Shown here one piece after another: positions 26,963 to 40,500 of a stretch of 64,000 bases of DNA. The notes under the pieces are model-generated. The model did not search any database and was not told the DNA's origin. It was given only the letters and a program-made list of their open reading frames with translations. Made by a program: the position numbers and the translations under genes. The stretch's first letter is position 1. Each line of letters opens with the position of its first letter. This DNA comes from Octopus vulgaris (lineage: Eukaryota), in assembly GCA_951406725.2 (NCBI GenBank), contig OX597827.1, positions 4,588,001-4,652,000 of the forward strand, given 5' to 3'.

Positions 26963-29815
26963 CATATCTTAGGATAATAATTTTCAAACATTTTATTCAT
27001 AGATTTTGTGAACTGATGATGTGTCCAGATCGAAAATAGTCCGTGAGAGGGCAATTAGAAAAGATCAAGTATGAATGAATCTAAGTGCTGATTCTTTTGA
27101 AGCTCACTTAGAATCAGATTTTTGAAGTATATGTATCCTTTTATTGATAATCAATTATGGTGACTAATAAAGACACACTCATTGTAAAGTGAATCTAATT
27201 AACAAGTACATATGTTTAGAAAGCTTTTGATTGTTAATGTTGGTTTTTGAGAATAGTGAATTGCAATGGCCACTCAGATCAATCAAGAAATTCCCCAAGA
27301 CAAATTATTTCATTACCAATGACAGTATTGTTCTTTGCAGATTAAAGAAAATATTTAATATAATTCTCATTTCTTGGCAAGTCATTTGGATTCCTGCTAT
27401 GTGATTTAAAAAATATTGTGCTTGTAATCATATGAGAAAGAAACTTAAAATTTTTTAATAATTTTTTTTCTTTAAATGACAGTCACTAAACTCTGTCCTG
27501 GTACCTTAGACATTAAAGCTGATGTTCAGAGTGGAAATCTCTGATGCTATCTAAATTGGGAATGTCTGGTTTATTTTGGAAAATCAAAAGTAAAAATAAA
27601 AAAAATTCTGCTTTGTAAGTTCCATTGAATATGAATTTGAGTATTTGCCAAGAGCACTAAAGTTCTTTGATGGGTAAAAATGATTATCACAACTTTCAGT
27701 TTTTTTGTTTTTTTTCTCAAAACGCTGAATATTTATGAATAATTCAAATTTGTTGATCTCAGCAAATATTGCCATTACTTCTTTTGTTATAAGCCTAATT
27801 CTAATAACAATGCAGTTGGTTTAGAAAAATATTTATCACTTTGGGGTTGGAAACTGTCTAGAAATTGAATGTAAGAGAACATTATTCTTCTGTGTACTCA
27901 GCCTCATTTCCATCAGTGATCTTGAGTAGTGTTTCTGACAATTTTAGCACGAGACCTGCACTGCTTTTGGCAGACTGTTGGTTTGTTTAAGCATCAATTA
28001 CTTAACAAAAAAAAAACCCTCAAAAAAACCACTCTACATATAGTTATGTTATATTTGTTGTCAGCAATATTAGGAATAGTAGTCATTGTTCGTCTATTAA
28101 GAATTAATCAATGTTTTTGGTGGATATAGTTATAGCAAAATAACAGGCAGTTACAATGGCTGAAAGAGGTTTAAAATAGAAATTTTGAATTTGTTGATCA
28201 CATGCCAGCATAATGCAGTGAAATAAAATAGGAGCTTTGGGTAAATATAGAAAACACAATATTTATTAGTAAAATATTAGTTGCCCGGTAAATATACTAA
28301 AAACTAATTAAATAATTTCAATTTTGCTTAAGTATATGTTAGGCTTTCACCAAATCTAGAATGATATTGAAATAAAGAGTTTCTTGAGAAAGATGTGTAT
28401 GAAGAACAACATATTTATATGTGCATGAGCAAACACGTCTGTCAATATCAGAAGGGAAAAACAAAAGCAAAAAAAAAAACAAGCAAAAAAAAAAAGTTGA
28501 AATGGTTTTGATAATCATTGATGAATAATTATGAATCCATTTGAATATATTTTTGCCATGCCATCATCATATTTAAGATGCATCTAGAATAGATGAACTT
28601 AGAAACATATTGAGCATAGAAATATATTTGCAATGACCAATAAAGCATGATGTCCAAACATGGGAAACTCTCTAAGAACATTGACCAGAAGAACTCATTG
28701 AAGGGTACAGAAATTTAGTGAAAGGTCACCATTTTATTTAGAAAGATTTATAGCCCAAATATCATTATCACCATTCATAGATATATAAATGATGCTGAGT
28801 TAATATCATTTACTAAATATAAGCATTCCCTCATTGTCTTTTGTTAACGTCAGTTATATATGGATGTCTCTTTTGACTCAATAGGTTAAAAATTTTATAC
28901 AATATTTATGTATGAACTGTTGGTAGTGTGTTCATGATATGAATCCTCTTGTTTACATGCTTTAAGCATGTAAACTCAGGTGCATAATGAATTTAATTTT
29001 TGTAAATAACCCCTTTATGCATTAGAGGCTTATATATTTTCAGCGACATTGAGCATAGGTTGCTTGACTTGCTAGAAATAGAGGCTAAATCACCTTCAGT
29101 TCATACCTATGTTTTATAAAGAAATAAAAGAGCATATTGGATAGTATAGCTAAGGAAAAACAGACAGGACAGTCAAAATAAAAAGTCTTTGATTGTACAA
29201 GTGTGAGGAGCTACAGCTAAGAAAAGTTGTAAGTAAAAGTTTGTATGACATGGAATGTGTTATTTATTATTACCATTAATTGCTTATATGCTCATAAATC
29301 TGTCTGTCTGTCTATCTCAATCAATCAATTAATAATCAATCAATCAATCATCCATGTATGTATGACATTCAGTTTTATTTCAAGATTTCTTACTAATACA
29401 GACAAATCCGGTTTCTAACCTACATTCAAGGCTGCTTCATTGGAAATTCAACATCTGCATGCATGCAGATTTGTATGGTTTGCTTTACGTATGTATTCTC
29501 ATGTATAGTAGTTGCATACTCAAAGTTTTGCAGATTTTTACAGTTCTGATAAGTGAGTGAGCGAGCGAGCATGAATGACTATTTGAGTATTCAGTAAAGG
29601 CTGCATAGTAACCAATAAAGTTGTATATTTGAAAGAAAGCTATGTGAAATTCTTGCCAAATAGTTTTGTGGAGAGAGGAGGCTGTTATGCATGGGCGACT
29701 GCTAGCCTTCCATAAACAACCTTGCCCAAACTTGTACCTCAGAGGGTAACTTTCTAGGTGCAATCCCATGGTCATGCATGACCAAAGAGGGTCTCCCCCC
29801 ATATATATATGTATG

Positions 29816-29844
<29 letters not shown>

Positions 29845-29857
<13 letters not shown>

Positions 29858-30533
29858 TATGTCAGGTTACTTTCGAGTGCTACTGGTAACATGTAACCCA
29901 GTACAACCTGTTGCATGGTTGGGCTGTCGGCAACTACCGGCAACCCCCACCAAGCTTGCTTGGTGAGGAGGGTGTTTATTGGACACCCTGCGGGATGAAA
30001 AACAAAACCCGTCAAAGGGCGGAGGAACTCTTGAGAGTCAACTGCCATCCAATAAATGTGTAATTTTTTTTCTTATCTTAAAGCTTAAGGCTGAATCATG
30101 CGCTGGGGACATAGAAATAATCGGACTGAATACCCGATCGCGCGGTTAAGCCATTGGAAGCGAAGGACTCCTAGCCTTTGTTAGGGCATCCTTCTAAGAG
30201 AAGGCAACTCAGGTAACTGGGATAACACTGACATAAAACCTGCGGCTCAGTGGTTACCAATGATGTTGACTTGTTCTTCTATTCGGATTATGGCTGCTGT
30301 TGCTTAGTGAGTGGGATTGACTCAGTGCACAGCCTTTCCTCACTTTAAAAAAAATCTTCCTGCACAGGCATTGCACGGTAACAACATTGTTCATGATTGT
30401 TGATGGTGGTGTGAGTCTCAACTGAATGGCTGGCTGTAGCCTTAAAAAGCAAATAAAAGTCACATTCGATCACAGCACCAATAACAGTTAAGCTTTGTGC
30501 AATGGCCATACTCGATAACGATGGGGCAGCCAT
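29845..30533. repeat. Unclassified GC-richer insertion between (TA)n tracts
   Basis: Sharp compositional contrast with TA arrays on both sides; no recognisable coding motif. Confidence 0.45.
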
Positions 30534-30557
30534 CATATATGTATGCATATATGTATG

Positions 30558-30616
<59 letters not shown>

Positions 30617-30745
30617 ATGTAAATAAGTATGTATATATGTATGTATGTATATATGTATGTATGTATGTATATATATATGTATGTATATATATATGTATGT
30701 ATATATATATATGTATGTATATATATATGTATGTATATATGTATG

Positions 30746-30826
<81 letters not shown>

Positions 30827-30832
30827 ATATAC
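30534..30832. repeat. (TA)n/(TATG)n microsatellite
   Basis: Direct inspection. Confidence 0.97.
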
Positions 30833-30834
30833 AT

Positions 30835-31107
30835 TTAAAATAATAAGGGTTAAAAATTGAATATCAATTTGATTAATATCAATTTAAAACCAGTGGTCTA
30901 GCATATAGAAAAATTTGAAAATTCAAAAAAATTGTATTACATACATATAAGAGGGATGACCACTAAGTGGACATCCATTATGCTAGAAGCCGGCCTCCTA
31001 TGGTCTTACCACTTGAGAACATTCCTTTCGTAATGGTAAGACCATAGGAGTTCGGCTTCTAGCATATGGATGTCCATATAGTTGTCATCCCTCTTATATG
31101 TATGTAA
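30835..31107. repeat. Element in (TA)n ending in a ~170-bp imperfect hairpin
   Basis: Arms ttacatacatataagagggatgac...ggtcttacca and tggtaagacc...gtcatccctcttatatgtatgtaa (30937-31107), with TA tracts on both sides. Confidence 0.8.
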
Positions 31108-31151
<44 letters not shown>

Positions 31152-31338
31152 TAGTAGAAGAAATAGCTAAGATTTTTGGCTGCTATTTCTGAACTTCGGT
31201 GTGTGGTGAAGCAATTCTTTGCTGAACCCTTTTTATTAGTATTACTTAAGTTTACCATGAAACGGTCCTGTTTTCATACTGAATTCTACTTGGTGAAATT
31301 ATTGATTACTTATTAATTAATTAATTTTACCCTTTGTT

Positions 31339-31408
<70 letters not shown>

Positions 31409-32366
31409 ATAATTCTGTTTATCACTTTTAGTAAGTTAAGCTGTGTGTTATGCTGTGTTGGCCAGTTATCATTAAAAATCGGTATCATTATTAAGGCAGC
31501 AAGCTGGCAGAAACATTAGCAAATACACAAAACAAAATATTTTGTTGCATTCCTACAGGTTCATTGTTTTTCCAGTTCCAATTGTACTGAGGTCAACTTT
31601 GCCTTTCAACTTTTCTGTGTCCCTTTGAGAGTGATGAAATAAGCACCAGTTGAGCTCTGATGTAATTGAATATCCTTTCACTTAAAAAGTTTAGCACCTC
31701 TCAAAACCATTTCATATCCCATATTCCATAGATCAGGGGTATCCCTTTACAACTCTTCTATACGTTCTAGTGCTTGAGCCTTTACTGTAGAAGCTAGAAG
31801 TCTTGTGGGGGTATCCCATTAGATATGAGAGAGCTGTGTCAGTGCATGCAGATGGTGTCAGACATCAAATAAGTTGTGCAGTGGACGAGGCTGAAAGGAT
31901 TGAGGTAAGTGACTTTACTCTTTGGTCAAGCTCACAACTTTTACAAGTTCCACTTGGAAAGAAAAGTGAGGGTGAAGAGAGGAGTGCTACCTCCCACTGA
32001 ATTTGTGAAATGATGGGTGACTATGTTAAAGATGGTAAGAGTGAGTGGCCCTTCTCTGAACATGCCTGTGATGATCAGGGTAATCCTGGATCTGTGGGGG
32101 TCCCTTGATTTTCCTTAGTTGGAGTTTCTCCTGTATCAGGTTGTGTCGATAATGTTCATCTTCATTCTCCATTTTCATGGTGATCCCAAGCACACAAAGT
32201 GCGATCCGTCCCATTGCAAATTCACACCAAACTACATTGAAGTGTCAAGTAACTAAGGAGTGCACATGTGCTAGAAACAGACTGAAGTTAGCTACTTATT
32301 AGAGTGCTTAAAGTTTAGTGTTGATAAAAACCAGACATTTTGGCCAAACCAATATATATATATATA

Positions 32367-32618
32367 TCACTTTCACTTTCACTTTGACCGACCAGTCCGT
32401 CAGGCGTCCATTTGACACCGCTGGTCACAGCACGCTGTCCACTCCTCTCTGGATCGCACCTTTCTCATCTACGTGATCCCAATCGTCCTCTTGAAATCGT
32501 CACTCCACCGTCGTGGTGGTCTTCCGGGTGGTCTTTTCCGCTCACGCGGGTACCACTCGACAACTGCGTGCGTCCACCGATTATCGGTGAGCTGGGCGAC
32601 GTGTCCAGCCCATCTATA

Positions 32619-32620
<2 letters not shown>
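32367..32620 (-). mobile_element. RTE-clade LINE 3' fragment in (TA)n
   Basis: Reads YRWAGHVAQLTDNRWTHAVVEWYPRERKRPPGRPPRRWSDD, followed by a (gtgaaa)n tail. Confidence 0.88.
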
Positions 32621-32674
<54 letters not shown>

Positions 32675-33099
32675 GGAGAGATGGGTTTGGCAATGGCTTA
32701 GACAGATTGCCTTATTTGAGTATTTGCTGAGTGGTGCTTTTGCAAAAGGAATAGTTACTGCATCAATATGTGCAATTAAAACATTTCGTAGTTACATAAA
32801 TATAGTATAACATACTCAGTCCTACATTATTTTCGAGCCAACCACCTGTACACACACACACACAAAATATTGTGTATATGTGTGTAAAACTACTTTGAAA
32901 TTTACCAGATTATTTTAATTTGCGAATATCTTTCTCGGAATGACTGCCTGGAATAATCTTGTGTTTTTGCATTAATTATTTTTTTTTTGTACATAATCGT
33001 TACTGTATTAGTGAAATGTCAGCACTGTACTGTTGACAAGATAATATACATTTCATACTCTATGTAAGTTATTAAGATTAAAATTTCCATTTCCAAGGG

Positions 33100-33600
33100 A
33101 GATATTTAAATCGAATATTGCAGAGTTATCTCCCTTCAAGCTTTCCTCGCCGTTTTACGTTTTTCTCTCACTTATTCCGAAATATATCGATTTCCTGCTA
33201 ATTATTTGGAACATGATATGCAAATAGAACCACACACATCACTCATAATAATTAGAAGAAATTCATATACACATATTTATCATACGAATAATTTAATCAA
33301 ATGAAGATGCTCGGCAATTTTATTCCGCGTCGCATTTACTTGAAAGAAGAGACTGATTCTTTTCCATTTGTAGCTTTCGGTTTTATAAAGTAGTGTGAAC
33401 AGAGATGGCCTTCCAGAAAATAGCTCCAAGAAGGAATGTTGTAGTTTGGTTTCGTATGTAAAATACTGTACGAATGCTACACGATTGGCTCACTGAGCGG
33501 TAGAAATAGAATTGCTACGCTGCTTTCTCTTGCCGTTGTAGTAGTGAATGTGAGAAGAGAATGAGAAAACAGAATGTGTATCAGTAAGCATGTGTTGGTG
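33100..33600 (-). promoter_or_regulatory. Candidate protocadherin promoter / non-coding first exon
   Basis: Non-repeat, visibly CpG-enriched segment ~7.4 kb upstream of the large exon's acceptor. Minus strand has CCAAT (33488-33484), TATAAAA (33387-33381), Inr-like TCAGTC (33356-33351) and candidate donors CAA|gtaaat (33339) and AA|gtgaga (33171). Confidence 0.5.
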
Positions 33601-34981
33601 AACGAATCTTTGACAATCAGCAAAATGGCATATCTGTGTGTAGTAGTAGCAGTGCAGCAGCAGCACCAAGTGTAACTTTTTTTCTCATTTTTTGACCTTT
33701 GTCAGCAACAGCTCAAGGCCGAACAATTTTCTGGCCTTGAAAAAGGAGAATAGGTTTTGGTTCGCAATTTTGACAGTGTGACTGAATGGGAATTTTTATC
33801 ATTAGACGTAAATAAAGGCTGTAAGGCCTAGTATTTGTACTGCCTATGAAAGCTTTAGTTTTGTGTTGTACATCTGAAAAGGACATAAATTGGAAGATTT
33901 CCTTTCGTATGTGTTGTAATAGTTTTATTTTTGCAGTTGAAGGAGACAAGCTTTTCATGCTTCCATTAAATCAATTCTCAAGGCAGCTTTTCTTTTAAAG
34001 TTATCTACATATCTAGTGTTAGAAGTTAAGGTATACTTGGCTGATACCTGTACTTGGAAAGTAAAGGATGAATGAAGTGTGGTATCATCAAAGTATGAGT
34101 AATATTTCTGCATAATGTTTCTGCCTAAGAGCGATAGGACAGAGTCAGTAGGGGGTCACAGACTCTATCCCTCTCAGGAACAGATACACAGTTATGTGCT
34201 TGCATAGAATAAGATAGATTCCAATGGAGAGAAAATTTGTTGAATTTAGTGAGGATAAAAGCTTACGCTGATGTACATTGATTGTAGTTAATGCATTGTA
34301 GCTTGTGGCAGTCTCATGGCTGATTGCTTCTGTTAGAGTGATTAGACGTGTGTTATCATCAGCACGTTACACCCACTTTTCTTTACTGGCAAGATTCGAT
34401 ACATTTTGAAACTGTTTTTTACTGCTGGATGCCCTTCTTGTCACCAGCTGTTTTAGTTGCTTGTTTGATGTGTCTTACATTGCAATCCAAAAAAAAAATT
34501 AATAAATATGGTGGTAATATCTAGCATGGTTGTCAGTTTTTTTCAGACAGTATTCTAACTGTGGTTGTCTTGTCCATCTTTTGGCACTAAATTTCTAGTT
34601 CAGTGTGTCCCTTCCTTTTCAAGATGGTAGTTTGAGATCTGACTGCTGTTTCTAACAGATTGAGGAAACAGTTGGATGTTCCCATAGTGGGTGGCGTGTG
34701 TGTGTGTGCGTGTGTGTATGTGAATGCTAGATACTTAGTGTAGGGAGTGCTTGCGCATTGAAGAGCCAGAAATCTTCCAGTGCTGAAGTATAAATATTTT
34801 CTGATCTTGGCTTGATGTCAGAATTCATGTTACATCAAGTCATTTGTCCACAATGAGGAGACTATCATCTTTGTATTGAGGTATTTACATGTTCACCCTC
34901 AATTATATATAATTATATGGAGTATCTCTCTCTCTCTTTATATAAACCAGCCTCCCCCATTATATATATATATATATATAT

Positions 34982-35230
34982 TTAAGTAGGTGAATGAATT
35001 ATCCTATGTTTATCGTCAGCATGGAAAATTCGTTTAACCGAAACCTGGCTAGCAAATTCACATCAAAAATCACGGTTGAAGCGACCTGTCAAGGGTAGAA
35101 ACTCCGGGTTCATGTGTAGAAATTTGTGTGTTGTCTATGAATAAATGAAAGAATGGAGTTGAACGAAGATGTTAACGAGAGTAAAGGAATTTTGTTAACA
35201 TCTTCGTTCGACTCCATTCTTTCATTTATG
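34982..35230. repeat. Element in (TA)n ending in a 36-bp-arm hairpin
   Basis: ataaatgaaagaatggagttgaacgaagatgttaac (35141-35176) is inverted at 35194-35229 with one G-U type mismatch. TA tracts flank the element. Confidence 0.8.
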
Positions 35231-35234
35231 TATA

Positions 35235-35265
<31 letters not shown>

Positions 35266-36249
35266 CTACATATATATATATGTTAGAGAGAGAAAGAGAG
35301 AGATGCACTCAGATTCTCACCTACAACTATTAAGTAAACAGTTGAACCATTAGATGTTAGGCCAGCACTCTATTGACTCTGCCAGCTGCATTTCTTGTAT
35401 ACCACAAATGAAAAGGTTTAACTTCCTCGAATCCTTAAATGGCTCTGGTTTCAGGTCATGTCCGTAGAACTAATCATTTGCTCAAAATAATGATTTTTCA
35501 ATAAACTTCCTAAAAGCATGATGCCCATATATCTTGTGAGGCACGGGCGTTGAATATATGAAATCTTCTAAGGAGCATAGAATAATGATTTGTATCATCT
35601 GCATAAAAAGTAGTGTTTGTCATTTTACAAGGTTTTTATGCAGAGATTCTGACAGGTATGTGATACATGTGTGTCATGCATGCTTATGGCTCAGCTAACA
35701 ACAGCCACACAGGTATTAAAGACTGTTTTATGAAATGACTTCAGATATTTTCCTCTGATTTTCCCATTCTTACCTATTGTATGTGCTTAACAGACTGTTT
35801 CTTACGTCATATCTTAAGACTGTTTATTTCCATATTCAGTCTTTAACAGTCTTTGACTGCCATTTCTAAATCCTTCGGTATGCAGCAGAGCAGCCTGTTG
35901 TTTAATTATATTTACTATATATACTGAACTCTACAGAAATTCCTGACGCTAAAAGTCATATTTACATACCGAAATTTACTGGTAAATAATTGTTGGTTGT
36001 CTAAAAAACCACGGAAAAAATTATTTACCCTTTTTATTATATTATCATATGTAAAGAGATACGTTTTTATTGCGTGCTTGGGATCATGAAGACTGTATCA
36101 TAAAAAGTATTGAATTTTTCTTGCACTTTAGCTTGAAGTGTAACAGAGAATTTTACTTTGATGACCATTGCCACCACTATGAAATATTATCAAAAATGGC
36201 AGTTTTTAGTTATCATCTCTTGAATCTTCTTATTTTAGCACTATAAAAA

Positions 36250-38810
36250 AAGCCCATGACAATTCTTTTGTTCCCTATATGAAGCATTTACAGAACTATA
36301 CAGATGAAATCTACACTGAAATATTCTACTTCACAGCTAAGACAACTGTTCATCTTGGTTGTCTCAGAAAGCAACTGACATTCCAACTGAAATAATATCA
36401 ATTGATTTGCAAAAGTTGTCCAAAATCAGTCAAAAGCTGCCATAAAAGTAACAAAAGCAAAACAAACTGCATCCGTACGTTTCCACTGTTGATTGCATAT
36501 CTTCATGTATAAGCAACCCAGCATAGATTAAACACTATTTAAAACAGCAACCTAGGTAGAATTGTTTGAAATTATTTATGAGAGTACAGACCATATTTTA
36601 ATGAGGTTCAGGGAAAAAAGCCCACTTATACTGGAAGTTATTTACAATATTGTTGGAAAATGTACAAAAGCAAGGAATAACAGAAATTGAACAATGTCTG
36701 TTTACATACATGCTGGAAATTTGTACGAGTTGTTGGTGTTCTATAGAAGAACAACCTTCTCTGTATTTAAAAATACCATAGATAACAAAAGTGGCATCCT
36801 TAATTGGGTTGCTATAGTACAGACAAGTTTTGTTGCCAAGAACAAAAGCACTTGCTAAAAAGCTATCAGTTAATTTCTTATTTATAGATTATGGACAAGC
36901 TTTCTTCAAGTTTAATAAAATTCCCCTTGGATCATTGTGAATCCAATATGATAATAAGCAACTTCAAATTGATAACGCTATAGAGTTTGTAATAAAAAAA
37001 AAAAAATAGAAACCCAGACACTGCTGACACTTTGTAACAATATAACATAATGACAGAATGACTTTTCTTTTACTTATGTCTTCTGAAATTATTCCACTTT
37101 GCAAAAGCAAAAGCTGTTCTAGTTGCTGCCATTGGAAGGTTCATAAAGACATGGCTGTCAGAACTGAAACTGTAAAGCAGAACTGCCTCTGAAACTAGAT
37201 ATTTTAAAATAATGTTCTGTTTTTCAATCTTTGCATTAAACTCTAATTTTTTAATCAAAATTCCATGGTTATATGCTGGGGTTTATTTACAGCAGCAAAA
37301 AATACTTAATATTATGCACAATTTTTCAATGATCTAAAAATCTCTACTGAGAATCAGAACAGATTTTGTTTATAAAGAAAAGATCAGAATACAGACTTAA
37401 GACTGATCTAGGCAGGCTTTAAGTGTTATATTGTAACATTGATGCTGTACATGATAAGTATGAGCAGCAAAATGAACGGTTGAGGGAACCTATGGAAGAG
37501 GTAGACCCAGGAAAACCTGGGACGAGGTGGTGAAGCATGACCTTCGAACTTTAGGTCTCACCGAGGAAATGACTAGAGACCGAGACCTATGGAAGTATGC
37601 TGTGCGTGAGAAGACCCGGCAGGACAAGTGAGGCCATAATCCCATGGCCTACACCTGGTATGTAGCCAGCCCACTTATGCATTCCTTTCCTTCTTGGGAC
37701 ACAAAACTCCACTTGTGAAGACCTGATGAGGCAAGTGAAAATCCAAAATCAAAATCAAAATCGTAATCTATCAACATCAATGGAATTTGTAACTGTGATA
37801 CCAGTGCCAGTGGCACGTAAGAGAACCATCCAAACATGGCCATAGCCAGCGCCACTCGACTGGTCTCCATGCTGGTGGCACGTAAAAAGCACCATCCGAT
37901 CATGGCCGTTTGCCAGCCTTGTCTGGCACCTGTGCTGGTGGCATGTAAAAAGCACCCACTACACTCACGGAGTGGTTGGCGTTAGGAAGGGCATCCAGCT
38001 GTAGAAACACTGCCAGATCAGACTGGGCCTGGTGCAGCCTTCTGGCTTCCCAGACCCCAGTTGAACCGTCCAACCCATGGAAAGCGGACGTTAAATGATG
38101 ATGATGATGATGATGAAATATTCAAGTGTGAGAAGAAAAAATATTTAGCAAATCAGATATAAATTTCTGAAGAAGTATGCTACACCTTATGACATCCTAT
38201 GCAATTTTACAATTGCTGAATGGATCTACCTTAATACAAACATAGATAAAAAAATTCCTCTGCATGTCACAAAAAAATTATCAATGAATATTTCACCTCA
38301 AACTTGTGAACAATACAAACATTAAACGGGAGTAGAAGACTGCTCCTGGACTTCTATCTCATGTCATATTTGCTGCAAAATTCTTGATGAACACAAATGA
38401 TATTGATACCTTTAAAATTAAGATCCTGAGATGCTGATTCTTCCGCTTGTCAGTGGAAGACATTTCAGATATAATCAGAATTTGCCCCAAAATATCATCA
38501 ATTTTTTTTCCTACATGCCTTCATGTTCTTGCTAATTTTAGCATTAATCTTTTAATATATTATGCCATTAAGATGAACCCCTTCTTTATGAGAATAATGC
38601 AAACAGCTAACAAGGAAGAAAAGATATAAAGAGACACACAAACAATGCTGCAGGCCTTAAACTCATTCGATTGTAGGTGAATCTTCATTTAGTGTATTGA
38701 GAAAAAGTCAGCTTGGAAGAGTTTATCTTTCTATAAAGCTATATCCACTAGAATTGTTAATTTTAGTACTTTAAATTAACAAAACACCTGTCGATTTTAG
38801 AGTGCTTCTA
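36250..38810 (+). mobile_element. Possible highly decayed Helitron Pif1-like helicase, split by an RTE fragment
   Basis: Weak motifs in colinear order: SQLRQLF, RRTTFSVFK (cf. GRTAHSxFKIP), PGLLSH (cf. GLPPH), IIRI (cf. IPRI), YAIKMN (cf. FAMTIN). Recognised by eye only. Confidence 0.4.
37476..38115 (+). mobile_element. RTE-clade LINE 3' end (ORF C-terminus, 3' UTR with tandem units, (GAT)n tail)
   Basis: Reads VEGTYGRGRPRKTWDEVVKHDLRTLGLTEEMTRDRDLWKYAV...* (stop 37629-37631). Followed by a UTR shared with 632-1037 and an (atg)n tail. Confidence 0.88.
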
Positions 38811-39026
38811 ATGCTTGGAGCAGTTATTTGTTTCTAGTCAGTCCAATTTACTACAACTACATCAACTGTGCAAGACTGGTTGTGAACTGCTGAGCTCTTT
38901 GCTGGTTGACTTAATGTGATTTCTCTTCATTTATTTTCTTCCTTACTCTCTCTCCATACATACACACTTTTGATATAAAATAACAGCATTATAATACTGG
39001 TGTGTTTGTGTGGATAGCTTTCCTAT

Positions 39027-39060
<34 letters not shown>

Positions 39061-39236
39061 CCGGAGTAAACACATAAATGTGAAACAAGGTGGAAAAAAG
39101 AGTACTCAAATACCAGTGGTAGAGTAATATGCTTTATTTAAAGCAGCAGAAAATTCAAAAAAACCTGTTACTCTGAGTTTCCCATTGCCGTTCATTGGAC
39201 AGTTTTTGCTAGAATTTTCTGCTGCTTTAAATAAAG

Positions 39237-39240
<4 letters not shown>
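39061..39240 (-). mobile_element. Related Penelope-like terminal fragment with decayed hammerhead, inserted in (TA)n
   Basis: 29-bp inverted repeat (39128-39156 / 39212-39240). Minus strand: ctgt-CCAATGA-acggcaatgg-GAAA-ctcagag-TA-acag, then AATAAA. Shares gtactcaa...agagtaa...tttattt with the 57.6-kb element. Confidence 0.55.
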
Positions 39241-39268
<28 letters not shown>

Positions 39269-39318
39269 GATGTGTGTGTGTGTGTGTGTGTGTACATTTA
39301 TGTATATATATGTGGGTA

Positions 39319-39349
<31 letters not shown>

Positions 39350-39699
39350 GTATATGATACACTTGCAGAGTAAACCCTCAGCTTGACAATCACCAATCTA
39401 ATGGATTTTGGATTTAATGGACTGAATAATAAAAATCCGTTACTACTACTGTATTCAACTTGAAATACTCTCAATTATTAAAAAGGGAAGTAGAAATAAC
39501 TAATTTTTTCTTTATAATTGAATACTTTAACATTGTGCCCTAGTGTATTTTGCTGTAGAGCTTTTTTTTATTACATTAAAAATCAATAAAAATGTCACCT
39601 AGGTTATCTTCAATTTAACAGACTATCAGAATTAACGAACACAACTTCATCCAATTTCAGTAGGTTAAATGAAGATGGAGTGTGTGCTGTATGGCTGTA

Positions 39700-39906
39700 T
39701 GTTTCTAACTATGTATGTGTATGTATATGCATATGTGTGTGTGTGTGTATATATGTGTCTATGTATTGGTACACACACACACACACACTGGTGTGTGTGT
39801 TTATGTAAATGCGTGTATATATATGTATTAATGTATGTATGTGTATATAATTGTTGTTTATATATGTATAAATGTTCATTTATACATCTGCGTGTGTATA
39901 TATATG

Positions 39907-39948
<42 letters not shown>

Positions 39949-40020
39949 TATACATATATATATGTACATATATGGGTGTATGAATGTATATATAATATAC
40001 ATATATATATATGTGTATGT

Positions 40021-40055
<35 letters not shown>

Positions 40056-40379
40056 TATGTAAGTGTGTGTATATATATATACATATATATATGTACATAT
40101 ATGGGTGTATGAATGTATATATAATATATATATATATATGTGTGTATGTATATATATATATGTATATATACATATATGTATACATTAATATATATTTATA
40201 TATATATGTGCGTGAATTTAATATGTAAATATATATATATTGTGTATATATACGCTTATATATATATATATTTATATCTATATATATATAATGTATATAT
40301 ATATATATGTATGTATATATATATGTCTATATATATATATGTATGTGTGTATATATATGCATATATATATATGTGTGTA

Positions 40380-40444
<65 letters not shown>

Positions 40445-40500
40445 ATATGTATTTATATGTATATATGCATTTATATGTACATATGTATTTATATATATGT
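39700..40500. repeat. Large compound (TA)/(TG) microsatellite
   Basis: Direct inspection; includes an internal ~130-bp duplication. Confidence 0.95.

Noticed and set aside
27010-27050. CTGATGA...GAAA hammerhead-like word (also at ~37723 and ~60996)
   Set aside because: Stems I and III cannot be formed convincingly; chance match or fully decayed.
33490-33525. CGCT words recalling the vertebrate Pcdh CSE/CTCF box
   Set aside because: 4-mer only; the flanks do not match the CTCF consensus by eye.
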